DNA from: Macrostomum lignano
Taxonomy: Eukaryota
Direction of reading: 5' to 3'
Assembly: GCA_002269645.1 (NCBI GenBank)
Contig: NIVC01000432.1
Location: 186,001 to 250,000 of the forward strand
Length of the DNA stretch: 64,000 nt
The position numbers and the translations under genes were made by a program. Positions 48,050 to 64,000 of the stretch are shown piece by piece (position 1 is the first letter of the stretch; each line of letters opens with the position of its first letter). The notes under the pieces were generated by a model. The model saw only the letters and a list, made by a program, of their open reading frames with translations. It was not told where the DNA came from and made no database searches.

Positions 48050-50150
48050 GGACATCAGGTTTCAATCCGAGCGCCCGGGACACGCCTCCTTTGCCGGAAA
48101 AGACAGGCGGCTTCACATCATCTGCGTCTATACTCCAACGGCCCCCTGACCAGCGAAGATCCATGTGAGACAGAAGCCCTTTACGACTTTCTGGGCTGCA
48201 TGCTTGATTCAATCTCTGCTCGGGACTCTGTCATTGTCGCTGGTGACTTCAGCTCGCCGTTGCCAGCCGCGACGGCCGCCTGGTGAAGAACAGCTGTCGC
48301 ATCCCCAATTCCAACTCACCTTTCCTATCCAGTTTTATCCAGGCCAGAGATCTCTGGCCTGCGCCACCTACCTCACCCGCTCTGGGCCGACCTGAGAAAC
48401 CCGGACACGCGGCAGGCCTTCCTACACAAGCTGCTTGCCGAAACTCCTTGCTCCATTCAAGTCCTTCGAGTCTTTTCATCACGCTGTTGAGGATGCGGCA
48501 GCTCATGTCCAACGGAGACAGGCAAACCACCCAAAGGCCCATAGGACTGCGATCTCATCATCTCCCAGGCATGCAAGGCGTCATGTGCAGAGCACTGCTG
48601 CCCTCCATGGACATGACAGCGACCAAGGCCAGTGCTCCTAACTCTCCACTGACAACTGCCGTCATAGTTCTGCCTGGAGGGCCATCCAACCAAGCTGACT
48701 GGCAGGAAGCCCAGGCCCAACACCATCGTCGGCGCTGATTCCACGGAGCACCGCAAGACTCTGCTGGCCACCGCGAGGTGCTCAACGCGCCCGTTCCAAC
48801 TGCGCCTCTTCTGAGAATCTCAGACTTCGCTCCAGCCCAGCCAGGCGCCTTCAACACCGGCCCCATCACTGCAGGCGAGGTTGACCGAGCACTGAGGACC
48901 ATGCGAGCTGATGCCGCCGCTGGGGTGGACGCCATCCCTCCCAGGGTCCTGAAGCTGGCTGAGCTCACCCAAATCATTACAAGCCTACTGAACAAGCACT
49001 GCAGGCTGCAGCCTTGGAGGCAACGAGGCCGCCTCAGCTCCTCAGCAATGGTGCACCTCTACGATTGTCTTCATCCCAAAGAAATCTAGCGGGGCATCGC
49101 GCTAGAATGCACAACGCCGAAGCTGCTGAACGCGATTCTGCGCAACCGCCTCCTGCCCGGCCTCAACCCGCTGCTGCTGAGCCCCCAAAGCGGCTTCCGC
49201 CCGGGCAGGTCCACCACCGAGCAGGTTGCCACCATCCGCTCTGTCATTGGGGCCTGCAAGACCCGCCAGCGCTCCGTGTCAATCATCTTCGTCGACTTCT
49301 ACAAGGCATTTGACTCCGTGTCCAGGCCTGCGATCGCATGGCTTCTATCTTACTATGGCATACCTGCTATCCTGGTGAGCTCGGTGATGGACCTCTACCG
49401 CGACTCCAGGACTTTTGTCATGTCGAGCGACGGCCCCACAGTAAAGTTCGGCGCCGGCACAGGTGTCCTTCAGGGCGACACGCTGGCTCCTCTGCCCTTC
49501 CTCGTGGTTGTGGACTGCATGCTTCCTTGATACCTCCGCGAGGACGACAGCTACTTGCTGGCCCCACGCCGAAGCTCCAGACACCCTGCTGTTTTGCTGC
49601 CCGATCTCGCTTACGCTGACGATATCGCGCTACTCTGCCGCGATCCAGCTGCGCGCTCTCACAAGGCTCTGCGACGAGGGCGCCCGTGTTGGGCTGCTGG
49701 TGAATGCTCGCAAGACGGAGGCGCTGCACGTGGGCACAAATACGGCCCCAAATGGAGACCGCATCGCGATGTGCGAGGACTTCCGGTACCTCGGCGCCCT
49801 GGTGATGAACCTCGATGTCATTGTCTCCGATAGAAGGACTCAGGCCTGGCGTGCCGCGCACCTCCTCAGGAACGTCTTCAATTCAGCTGCTAGAGACGAC
49901 CTGAAGGTGCGCCTGTTCCGCGCGGCCGTAGAGCCGATCCTCCTGTACGGCATGGAGGCTGTGCCGCTGACCGAGACTCGAGAGCGGGCTCTGGACGCGC
50001 TCTTCCGATCGCTGCTGTGCTACGCGCTGGGCGTGCACTAGCCGGAGCGCCTGCCGACCAAGGTTCTGATGACTTGCGCTGGAGCCCCGCCCCTGAGCGC
50101 TACCCTGCGCCGACGCCGTCAGATGCTGCTGGGCCACTGCCTCCAGACCC
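48050..50150 (+). mobile_element. Decayed non-LTR retrotransposon (RTE-like), APE and RT fragments
   Basis: LHIICVYTPT and VIVAGDF (endonuclease); QSGFRPGRST, FVDFYKAFDSV, GVLQGDTLAP, YADDIALL, KTE..FRYLG (reverse transcriptase). Several stops and frameshifts. Confidence 0.92.
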
Positions 50151-52194
50151 TGGGCTAAAGGATCTTGGCTGAGCGCTGACCCCCCTCCCGTCTGTTCTGC
50201 GAGCGTGTGCGCGCAAGGCGTCTCTTGTGTAACCTCGATATAATATTTACAACGTACAATATTTGTTTGTAGAATTTAATACAAGTAGATTCTATAGTTA
50301 ATAATAAGAATGCAGTTCTTACACAGCTTAAATACATTGAAAGTTCGTCAAGTACTTTCGAAGGATAACTTACAATCCTTTAGCTAGGATTAAGACGGCC
50401 ATAGCTTGTTTCCCCGGCTGCATACAGCAAATTCCTGTCCTCGTGGATAAAGGCTCAATAGGAATTATAAAAATTGTTTACTGGGATAGGACCTTCTACA
50501 CGAAAACTAGCAAGAAAATTTCATGGAAAATGAGTCTTAATTCATTTTTCCAAATAGATAACTGATTTCCATGGGTCTCGATAGATATGTCTATCGAATT
50601 CGAAAAATGGCTACTTTGATATCTATAACTATAGCCCTCGGTAGCTACGAGGTTTAAGGATGTTCGTATTGAATGTCGAGATGGAGCTTCATAAAAGCTG
50701 TTCGAAACTTTTTGAAATTTTCTCACACATAGCTACAGTTATAATTTACAGCTGGGATAACTTTGTTCGCTAGCAATATTTAAAATTTCCCAAATAGCAA
50801 ATTGCAATAAAGTTGCTTGCCTTACAGATGCGCTCGTAGGAGGTGATCACAACAATTATAACAAACAATGTAGCGACGTACTTATTATTATCGAACCATG
50901 CATGGCGTCGAGAAATGTCGTTAATTTCTTCTTTTGTCCTCGATCCGATCTATTGCTGATGAATAATGTGTTAGCTTTGGAAAGAATTTTACCCGCTACT
51001 GGCACATGGTCTGCTGTGTGTGGTGACATATTTTCTTTATACATGCGGCTAGATATACTGGAGTCATTTGTGCTCACGTTGCAGATATAATTTAGCTCCG
51101 TACATGCCAGACCTTGCTAAGTTTATAAATGTACTTTTTGCCAACTTTGACTGACCCTATGCGACCCTCGACCTCTCTATACTAGCTATAACAGCAAAAT
51201 GGAGTGTTTGTGCTGCCCTTGTGCTCGAAACGAAAAGGATAAAAACCATGCAAGATAAGACGTTTCAATATTGTAGACACATTGGTTGCATTGCATGCAG
51301 GTGTGTGTTTTCTACTCCGAAATTTTTTTATATACTGTAAGGGAAAGAGCACCGAGATTTTGTCAAGGGTGAAGTCAAATCATGCGATTTCGAGAGATGG
51401 CCCAATCCGATGTGGCAGGCAGTGACAGCTGTCGCATGACTGCCCTGGATGTCAGCTGCATGCATACTGCACTCTGCACTGAGGGATAGAAAAAATCTGC
51501 TTGCTGCGCGCGCCTAAAAGACGGGAAATGGATTAATGGGAAGTGCAGCGAGACCAGCCAATCCTCGCGAAATCTCCCCAAAAAAGGGGGAGAATAGGGG
51601 AGGAGACTTTGGGAAGAGTGGCAACTGTGGAGCAGTCGCAACTGCCCCAATGTGCAGTGGAGGAAGAACAGGAAGGCATGCATTAGCACTGCGCGTTGGA
51701 AAGTTGCTGAGAGCTGGGTATATAATCTGTTGTCGCGCCCCACCCTCCAATCTAGGGCATTCTCTCTCCTCTCATCCCTCCGTTCCATGATCTTGCGGAT
51801 CACTTGTCCAATATGCATTCTGTCCGCCCCTTCATTTCTCTTCCACGCTCAGTTCGCGACCCTGATTCCGGCCTCTAGGCGGGGGTGGCTAGCAGTTCAG
51901 AGAGCGGGCCGCTGCACACTCCGTGCAGGCGTCAAGCGGTACGTCACCCTCTTTTCATTAAAGTGACCATTCTAATCGCAAAAGACGTCTGTATGCGGCT
52001 CGAGTCAAACCAAAACAAACAGATAACCGAGCAGCCGAAAATCTCTCTCCTTTTCTTATTCTCTGTACTGCATCACGCACAAACACACAAATAAAGCAGA
52101 TAAAAAGAGCGTTGTACCTGACAGCTCGTACAACAGAGGCTCTACAGCTACATCTTTGAAGGCCAGATTCTGTACTAGATTTCTAAACAGAAGC

Positions 52195-53666
52195 ATGGAG
52201 AGCCAATCGGTGCCGTCTGAACGCGTCATCGATGGCCTCCGCTATCGAGTCGCTCGACCAGACGATCGCGACGCCATCTGGAAGCTGATGCTGCAGGATT
52301 TCTTTCCGAAGACGCCGCTAAATAAGCACATTGGCGGGGTCAACCCTGAGGATTTAAATATTGATCTGGCACTACCGCCCGGTCTGCTGGGTCAGGGAGT
52401 GACGGTGGTGACGGAGGATCCGAGTAGCGGAGCTCTGGTCGGAGCTCGAGTCTCCTGTCAGGTGCCGAGGCAGAGCGCGAAACGGCATCCGTTGGTGCTG
52501 GACCAGCAGCTTGCGACGAGGTGTGCACTTTTAATGAGCTAATTATCGTATCAGCTCACTAAACTACATGTACCGGATTTAATCTACTTCACTATCACTT
52601 CAGTATTTCTAGTTGCCGACTTTTCCCGTAATTTACCGTCCATTTACTCGTAATATCGGGAAGATTTTTCAAAAACGTACAGAGTCATGTCGCATACCAT
52701 CATGAACATGCCATCACGCGACACCATTGGCATAAAATGGAGCAACACAAGGGCTTATCAAAGTTTGCCTTCATATAAGTTTCATATTTTGATATTTTTA
52801 TCCGTAAAAATATGCAAAACAACTTCCGAGTCGTCGAGATATTAAAAATTCGTTCATGGCGGTTCAGCACATTTCTTGTGAATTTAAACCGTCCTCGATC
52901 CAAACCGTTACCACCAAATGTCTCCAGGATGCCAAAATATCAAGCGGGGTGCGCTATTTCGACTTAATAATATTACCTAGTCATGGGTGATATGGACGAA
53001 TTGCCAAGGAAATTAGAAGAATGGGTATGGGTAATTCTAGAGGCGCACGCAACTTTGGTCATCGTCAAGGTCTCGATACGCTCGTAGGGGTTGCTTTCAC
53101 AACCGCTAAATCACCTACTTTCTTTCCCCAACGCGAAACTTCACAACCGCTAAAAAGACTGCCGTATATGAGAGTCAGTGCAAAAATTTTAGCAGTTGTG
53201 AAGTTTCGCGTTTATGAAACCCACCCGCTCGTAGCACTCAAAAACAATGAATTACCATTGCAACCTCGAACTCGCCTACCTTCACTTTAGGTATCCAAAG
53301 GACGCCATAGTGACTCGAGTTCTGGACCATCTGACAGCTCCTGTGGATCTGTACAGCCACTACAATGTTGACACAGTCGTCGATTTCAAGTACCTAGTCG
53401 TCCTAGAAGCGATGCGCAGTCGAAGTATCGCCAAACGTCTCATCGATTTTTCTCTCGAACTCGCCAAACTTCGTGGCGTCCCAGTTGTAAACGTCGTTGC
53501 TGCGCATCGGCACGCTGGACGAATCTTCGAAGGTCTCGGCTTTGACAGGCTCAACTCGGTGCTGCTGGTCGAGTACAATGACCCTGTTGATGGCGAGCGG
53601 CCGTTTGCCGGCCTGGATCCGGAAGAGCTGCGAGAGATTGTGCTCTATGCAAAGCGGATCGAGTGA
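52195..53666 (+). CDS. GNAT-family acetyltransferase resembling insect-type arylalkylamine N-acetyltransferase (233 aa)
   Basis: Exons 52195-52520 (ACG AG|GTGTGC) and 53291-53666 (cactttAG|G), phase 2. YRVARPDDRDAIWKLMLQDFFPKTPLN, LVGARV, YLVVLEAMRSRSIAKRLI and RIFEGLGF follow the aaNAT/Dat motif layout. Confidence 0.8.
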
Positions 53667-53684
53667 ACTGAACGTGTCTCGGCT

Positions 53685-54080
53685 GTGTGAATTGACAGAC
53701 TGTGAATTGACGGGCTGTGTGAATTGACAGACTGTAAATTGACGGGCTGTGTGAATTGACAGACTGTGTAAATTGACAGACTGGGTGAATTGACGGACTG
53801 TGTGAATTCACAGACTGTGTAAATTGACTGACTGTGTGAACTGAAAGACTGTGTAAATTGACTGACTGTGTGAATTGACTGACTGTGTGAATTGACTGAC
53901 TGTATGAATTGACTGACTGTGTGGATTGGCAGACTGTTGTGAATTGGCAGATTGTTGTGGATTGGCAGACTGTTGTGGATTGGCAGACTGTTGTGGATTG
54001 GCAGACTGTTGTGGATTGGCAGACTGTTGTGGATTGGCAGACTGTTGTGGATTGGCAGGCTGTTGTGGATTGGTTGATTG
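53685..54080. repeat. 17-21-bp minisatellite (tgtgtgaattgacagac grading to gttgtggattggcagact)
   Basis: Starts about 20 nt after the GNAT stop codon. Confidence 0.9.
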
Positions 54081-54337
54081 TGTAAGTTAACAGCATGATA
54101 AATCAGATATGATTTTTCAAATCATAAATCAAGTTTTCCGGACAAGTGTGTTTTGCATAAGCAAACTTTCTACAAATAGCAATGTTACTGTCGTAATAAT
54201 TAATAAAGTAAGTATGATATAATGTTTCATTTGCTTTATTAGTCACTTTTAAAATGTACGCTAAACATAGAACTTTTTGCTTTAACTAACTAGCTAACTA
54301 ACTAGATAACTAACTAGCTAACTAACTAGATAACTAA

Positions 54338-55530
54338 CTAGTGAATGAAGACGCTGTCGTCTTCAACGGTCGTCTTCAGATGGTTATATTGTGTTTTTAT
54401 TTTTTATGGCCTAAATTAAAAACGAACTATGAAGCTATTATATTAGCTATTAGCCATTATTATTCAGTTATTAAATGCTCACCCGTTCGACTTTGCTGTT
54501 GGGTAGAAAAGGCCACAAGTGAGGGGGGCTAGCTGATTCCACACCCCTGGCATTATAGTAAGGCTATAGGGGGGCTCGCCGCCCCCCACACCCCTGGCTT
54601 TAGTTAGGCTAGTGGGAGGCTCGCCACCCCCACACCTCTGGCTTTTTAAGGGCTAGCGGGGGGCTCGCCGCCCCCACACCCCTGGCATTAGTAAGCTATA
54701 GTGGGGGGCTCGCCGCCCCCACACCCCTGGCAGTAGTAAGCTATAGTGGGGGGCTCGCCGCCCCAAACCCCTGGCTTTTTAAGGGCTAGCGGGGGGCTCG
54801 CCGCCCCCACACCACTGGCATTAGTAAGACTAGTGGGGGGCTCACCGCCCCCCACACCCCTGGCTTTAGTTAAGCTATAGTGGGGGGCTCGCCGCCCCCA
54901 AACCCCTGGCATTAGTAAGCTATAGTGGGGGGCTCGCCGCCCCCAAACCCCTGGCATTAGTTAAGCTATAGTGGGGGGCTCGCCGCCCCCAAACCCCTGG
55001 CATTAGTAAGGCTAGTGGAGGGCTCGCCGTCCCCACACCCTTGGCATTAGTAAGGCATCTGGTAAATGGCATCTAACGCATCTGTGTGCACAGTTCGAAT
55101 TGTAGTAATGTTGAGGCGATATGTATCGAAAAAATATTTTAGTAGCTAAATGTATAATTGCAGTTGCACTTTGAGATTTAGTGTTGCTCTAAAAAAAGAA
55201 TAAAATAAAATAAAATTTAATAAAATTTAAAATTTAAAAGTAAAAAATGCGAAGAATTTCTGTTCGCTAAAAAATTTCAAATTAAAAAACTCATCACTTG
55301 GGATTCAAACCTTGCTACACTCAATTACAAGGCAGTTGACCTAACCAACTAACTAACTAACTAGCTGACTAACTAACTAACTAACTAACTAGCTGACTAA
55401 CTGACTAACTAACTAACTAGCTGACTAACTGACTAACTAACTAACTAAACTACCTCTAGACTCTATTGGTACGCTGGTAACATGTACTCGCGGCTACGGT
55501 GGTCGGCTTTGCTTTTATATGACTAATAGA
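54338..55530 (-). mobile_element. Non-autonomous Helitron-like element (about 1.2 kb) containing a 45-bp minisatellite and (AACT)n
   Basis: 3' end is a hairpin plus CTAG|T at 54338, identical to 47470. Candidate 5' end TCTATTAGTCATATAAAAGC at 55530, preceded by G rather than the canonical A. Confidence 0.55.
54540..55055. repeat. 45-bp GC-rich minisatellite (gctatagtggggggctcgccgcccccacacccctggcattagtaa), about 11 copies
   Basis: Direct reading; lies inside the Helitron-like element. Confidence 0.93.
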
Positions 55531-55669
55531 CAAATATAAATTTGGTCACCGATACCAGTTTTTGGTTTTGTTTCTTCCTTCTTTGAAACGATAATTTTTG
55601 AAGAATTCGATTAGTATGAAATGCTTTCATGGAGACAAGGATTACGAAAAACCGTTGTAAGGGTCATAT

Positions 55670-56648
55670 AGAGAATCGCTTTGGGTCATAGAGAATCGCT
55701 TTGGGTCACAGAGAATCGCTTTGGGTCATAGGGAATCGCTTTGGGTCACAGAGAATCGCTTTGGGTCATAGAGAATCGCTTTGGGTCATAGAGAATCGCT
55801 TTGGGTCACAGAGAATCGCTTTGGGTCATAGGGAATCGCTTTGGGTCACAGACAATCGCTTTGGGTCACAGAGAATCGCTTTGGGTCACAGAGAATTGCT
55901 TTGGGTCATAGAGAACGCTTTGGGTCATAGAGAATCGCTTTGGGTCATAGAGAATCGCTTCGGGTCATAGAGAATCGCTTTGGGTCACAGAGAATCGCTT
56001 TGGGTCACAGAGAATCGCTTTGGGTCATAGAGAATCGCTTTGGGTCACAGAGAATTGCTTTGGGTCATAGAGAACGCTTTGGGTCATAGAGAATCGCTTT
56101 GGGTCACAGAGAATCGCTTTGGGTCATAGAGAATCGCTTTGGGTCACAGAGAATCGCTTTGGGTCATAGAGAATCGCTTTGGGTCACAGAGAATTGCTTT
56201 GGGTCATAGAGAACGCTTTGGGTCATAGAGAATCGCTTTGGGTCATAGAGAACACTTTGGGTCATAGAGAATCGCTTTGGGTCATAGAGAATCGCTTTGG
56301 GTCATAGAGAATTGTTTTGGGTCATAGAGAATTGCTTTGGGTCATACTGTAGAGAATCGCTTTGGGTCATAGAGAACGCTTTGGGTCATAGAGAACGCTT
56401 TGGGTCATAGAGAATCGCTTTGGGTCATAGAGAATCGCTTTGGGTCATAGAGAATCGCTTTGGGTCATAGAGAATTGGGGTCATAGAGAATTGCTTTGGG
56501 TCATAGAGAATCGCTTTGGGTCACAGAGAACGCTTTGGGTCATAGAGAACGCTTTGGGTCATAGAGAATTGCTTTGGGTTATAGAGAATCGTTTTGTGTC
56601 ATAGAGAATCGCTTTGGGTCTTAGAGAATCGCTTTGGGTCATAGAGAA
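55670..56648. repeat. 20-bp minisatellite (gggtcatagagaatcgcttt), about 49 copies
   Basis: Direct reading. Confidence 0.96.
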
Positions 56649-57498
56649 TCATCGCTCGTCATGTAAAATCGATATAGGTCATGGAATCAACTATGATACT
56701 TCTACATAGCAAAAATGCCATTTGGTCATAGCAAAGTTGTGAGTCAGTACTATTGCCACAATTTTGGTTGTCAATCTGAAACAAGTTGATTTGACTTTTT
56801 AAGCGTCATTTACCAACCATACTACTCACTGCGATATGCCTTGCTACTCTCTCTCTATATACTACTCAAACGTAATTCTGGCTTCCATCTCTCCCCCTCT
56901 CTCTCTCTCTCTGTCACTATGGAACTGCTCTTGTACACTCCGAGAGAGGGGCAAGCCATTCAGTATTGAATTGGGACCGGATTAACAAAGCACTGAATAG
57001 CCGTTGCTTCTGCTGCACCAATTGGCTTTCAATAAAATTGAGGGGTTGCAGCAGAAGCAGCAGCAGCAGCAGTAGTATGTTGTGGTGTAGGCCGGTCCGG
57101 GGCTGTGGGCTACTATTGGCAGGCTGGCGGAGAAGAATCCAAGGCAGAGAGTGGAATGAGGGGAGAGGCCGTCCAGAGAGACCGACATGGGAAGCGGAGG
57201 TGCGGCCGGCACTGGGGGGGTTGGTTGGTAGGCGGAGGTTGGTAGCCATAGCGGGAGGGTGGGGACAGGCAGTGTGCAGTTGGCTAGAAGGAGGAGACGC
57301 CTGGGGCTTCAGCCGTAGCTATAGCTTATAATATTAATATAATATAAGCCGGCCCGCGGAAGAGAGGGCGTAGACAGGCGCTAGACGCATGTGGCTCAGG
57401 TACCTCTCTATACTCCTTTTTTGTTCTTTCTCTGTCTCGCTCTCGCTCTATTTTCCACGACCCATACCTCAGTCAGTCGGCTGGGCGCGCAATCCAAG

Positions 57499-57535
<37 letters not shown>

Positions 57536-57777
57536 AAAAACCCCTTTTGCCACCGTTTCCGACCATGCAGATCGAGGAACTATAGCATAAAGCTATATTA
57601 TGCCGACCGTCTCCGCTTGAAAGGCGTTTCAGCTTTACTAAAAATTCGGTAGACAAAAGGCAGTACAGCTACAAGGAACCATTTTCTCAAGATCCAAGAA
57701 AAAAATAACGATTATTGAGACACTACTGTCTGTCTCTTTGAAACTTTGGCGACCGGCCGGGGCCGCTCTGTTTACCG

Positions 57778-61545
<3,768 letters not shown>

Positions 61546-62149
61546 CTATCTGCTAATTAATCTGCAAGATTGTGATGCCTTCTAAGAATTCAGATTTTTC
61601 ATGTCTAAAATGTTCAGAATGTGCTGTTTAAAAAATTTTTAGATCTTAAAGAAATTGAATTTTTAAAACTATAGGTTCAACCTAGCTACCATTTACGGTC
61701 AATACTGTATGCTCTTCTCTCAGTCATATAACGTATTTACATTCTAGTCGCTCTCCATTACGGTTGCGAGTTGCCAAAGTTAAGATTGGGCAAGGAATTC
61801 GACCCCATAAGGCCCATCACACGAGGTTCCCTTAGGGCTGGCAGTCCAGCAACTGTCCCCACTCTCTGACCCCAACACTCAGCTTCACGTCTCCATCTGC
61901 TCAGGGCTCGTGGCAACCGGGAATGAATTGGAGATGAAGCGTGGCGCTGGCTTACTTGATAAGGAAGGCTGTAGCCTTGAGCCTAATCTTAGGCTCCGGT
62001 GTGTTCGATAGTTAGCTAGGCTGCCAGAGAGGCCTCCAAGCTATTGGCCAAGTCAGTATTAATCTGCGTCTTAGCTTCTTGTGCAGACGGGAATCGGACT
62101 TAGTCTTCTAGAATTTATCTGCTTTAGCTTCCACCCTGACATAAATAGA

Positions 62150-62575
62150 CACTGCGTCATGGACAGATTGGGTCATAGACAGTTGGGAGATTGGGTCATA
62201 GACAGATATGGTCATAAACAGTTGAGGACATAGATTGTGTGATAGACAGATATGGTCATAGACAGTTGGGGGCATAGACAGATTGGGTCATAGACAGATA
62301 AGGTCATAGACAGATAAGATCATAGACAGATAAGGTTATAGACAGATAAGGTCATGGACAGATAAGGTCATAGACAGATAAGGTCATAGACAGATAAGGT
62401 CATAGACAGATAAGGTCATAGACAGATAAGGTCATAGACAGTTTGGTCATTTTCAAATTGAGGCATAGACAGTTTGATCATATCCAAATTGGGTCATAGA
62501 CAGTTTGATCATATCCAAATTGGGTCATAGACAGATGGGTCATAACCAAATTGGGTCATAGACCGATGGGGAGAC
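62150..62575. repeat. About 16-bp degenerate minisatellite (ggtcatagacagataa)
   Basis: Direct reading. Confidence 0.88.
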
Positions 62576-63118
62576 AGTTTAATGTACTATTAAAAATAGC
62601 TTGGCAGATGCTGCGTCAGTTTTTTAAAATCGATGCGGCCAGAGCACACATCATAGTGGCATTAAGTGGAATGGAATGGATTTTTCTGAGTGCATTGGTG
62701 AACTGGGGAGGGGTGCGAGATAGATAAGGGAAACCCGGCGGGGGTCGGCCCAACCCCCCCCCCCATAGCACCGGAAGCGGCAATCCATGCAATTTCAAGC
62801 CTCCCCTTTTGATGCCAAAATCCCGCTTAGTGGCTACTTCAGTGGCTGCGCGGAAGAAGAAATTAATAGCGGCCAAAAATCCCGAAGTGCCTACCGATTT
62901 CTGCTCCCGGGCTGCATATTTTTTTATAAAGCAATTGCCGACAAAGGCAATTGACCCCTAGGAGGGGGACGGTTAGAAGGAATAAAATGAATAGCTTTAC
63001 AGCTGCGGAAATTGCTATATTTTTAGGGATATCGGGTATGGAAGGTATTACAATTATTTAGAAGTCTCTTGGTAGGCTTTGGCGAGCGCAACAGAAGATG
63101 CCTCTTTTTCCTGCAGAG

Positions 63119-63345
63119 ATTGACCCTTGGGAGAGGGCATAGCGGGCTTCAATGACTCCTGGGAGAGGGCATAGCGGGCTTCAATGACCCTTGGGAGAGG
63201 GCATAGCGGGCTTCAATGACCCCTGGGAGAGGACGTAGCGGGCTTCAATGACCCTTGGGAGAGGGCAAAGCGGGCTTCAATGGCCCTTGGGAGAGGGCAT
63301 GGCGGGGCTTCAGTGACCCATAGGAGGGGGTATGGCGGGGCTTCA
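63119..63345. repeat. 32-bp minisatellite (tgacccttgggagagggcatagcgggcttcaa), about 7 copies
   Basis: Direct reading. Confidence 0.9.
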
Positions 63346-63829
63346 GTAAATAAATAGTTATAAAGTAGCGATCGATAAATTTTACCCAAATAATTGCGGT
63401 TATTGCAGAATAAACTGCCGCAGTCAGTTGCCCTCCCAAACCCAATAATAAGTGTTTGCTTCGGGTCAGTCAGAATTCCATTGCGCATGCAAAATGAAAC
63501 AAATGAAGGTCGAAAAGGCTACAGTAAAGAACTTGTGTCCCCGCGCGCCACCAGCCAATATCCCAATCTTCATCAGCCTTCATCAGCGTCGATCTCTAGA
63601 GGCCCATCCATCCACAGAGCGGTTCAAAGAGGCCGAGGTCAAGCAAGTCAAACATCACGGCACCTTACTCCCAACATCCTATTCTGCCGCATCTCGCAAT
63701 CCCCACCCCATCACTGTACAGCTAGGGGAGAAACATTCAGGGGAATGAGGAAAACACAGCCTCACTTTATCTCCCAGTTGTGGGAAGAACTGTTGAACCT
63801 GACATCAGCTGTTGTAGCTCTGAAAGTGT

Positions 63830-64000
63830 TGCTGATCTCTCTCCCCTCTCTGATCTCTCTCCCCTCTCTGATCTCCCTCTCTCCCCTCTCTGATCTCCCT
63901 CTCTTCCCTCTCTGATCTCCCTCTCTTCCCTCTCTGATCTCCCTCTCTTCCCTCTCTGATCTCCCTCTCTTCCCTCTCTGATCTCCCTCTCTTCCTTCTC
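63830..64000. repeat. About 22-bp pyrimidine-rich repeat (tctctgatctccctctcttccc), runs off the window end
   Basis: Direct reading. Confidence 0.9.

Noticed and set aside
54134-54144. ttttccggaca as the missing right TIR of the mariner, which would imply the GNAT gene was captured
   Set aside because: Only 11 nt match, the terminal bases and TA target site do not, and no mariner 3' sequence precedes it.
55290-55350. B-box-like ggtttgaatccc on the minus strand
   Set aside because: Too degenerate to call a tRNA or SINE; treated as part of the Helitron-like element.

Overview
Eukaryotic, metazoan, repeat-rich genomic DNA. Coding exons are GC-rich with polyQ/polyA tracts, and most large introns are packed with their own minisatellite. 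This style resembles the flatworm Macrostomum, but the organism is an inference and was not verified. Splice-phase-consistent models support 11 protein-coding loci: the last exon of an NTE/swiss-cheese (PNPLA6/7) gene; two head-to-head orphan genes; an atypical tetraspanin; a three-exon secreted neuropeptide-like precursor that the ORF track misses (18844-19288, minus strand, two KR-WWPV peptides); ATMIN/ASCIZ; NF-YC; a CYP4-clan P450; an insect-type aaNAT-like GNAT with altered catalytic residues; and the 5' part of a Frk/Src42A-like kinase. Transposon debris includes a tRNA-derived CORE/Meta-type SINE, hAT MITEs with perfect 8-bp TSDs, an internally deleted P/THAP element, a DD34D mariner, two Helitron-like ends and an RTE-type LINE. 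About 27 tandem arrays are present, one carrying 16 perfect CRE sites. No CRISPR array, rRNA or functional tRNA was found. All coordinates and translations were read by hand; family assignments come from recalled motifs, not database searches.
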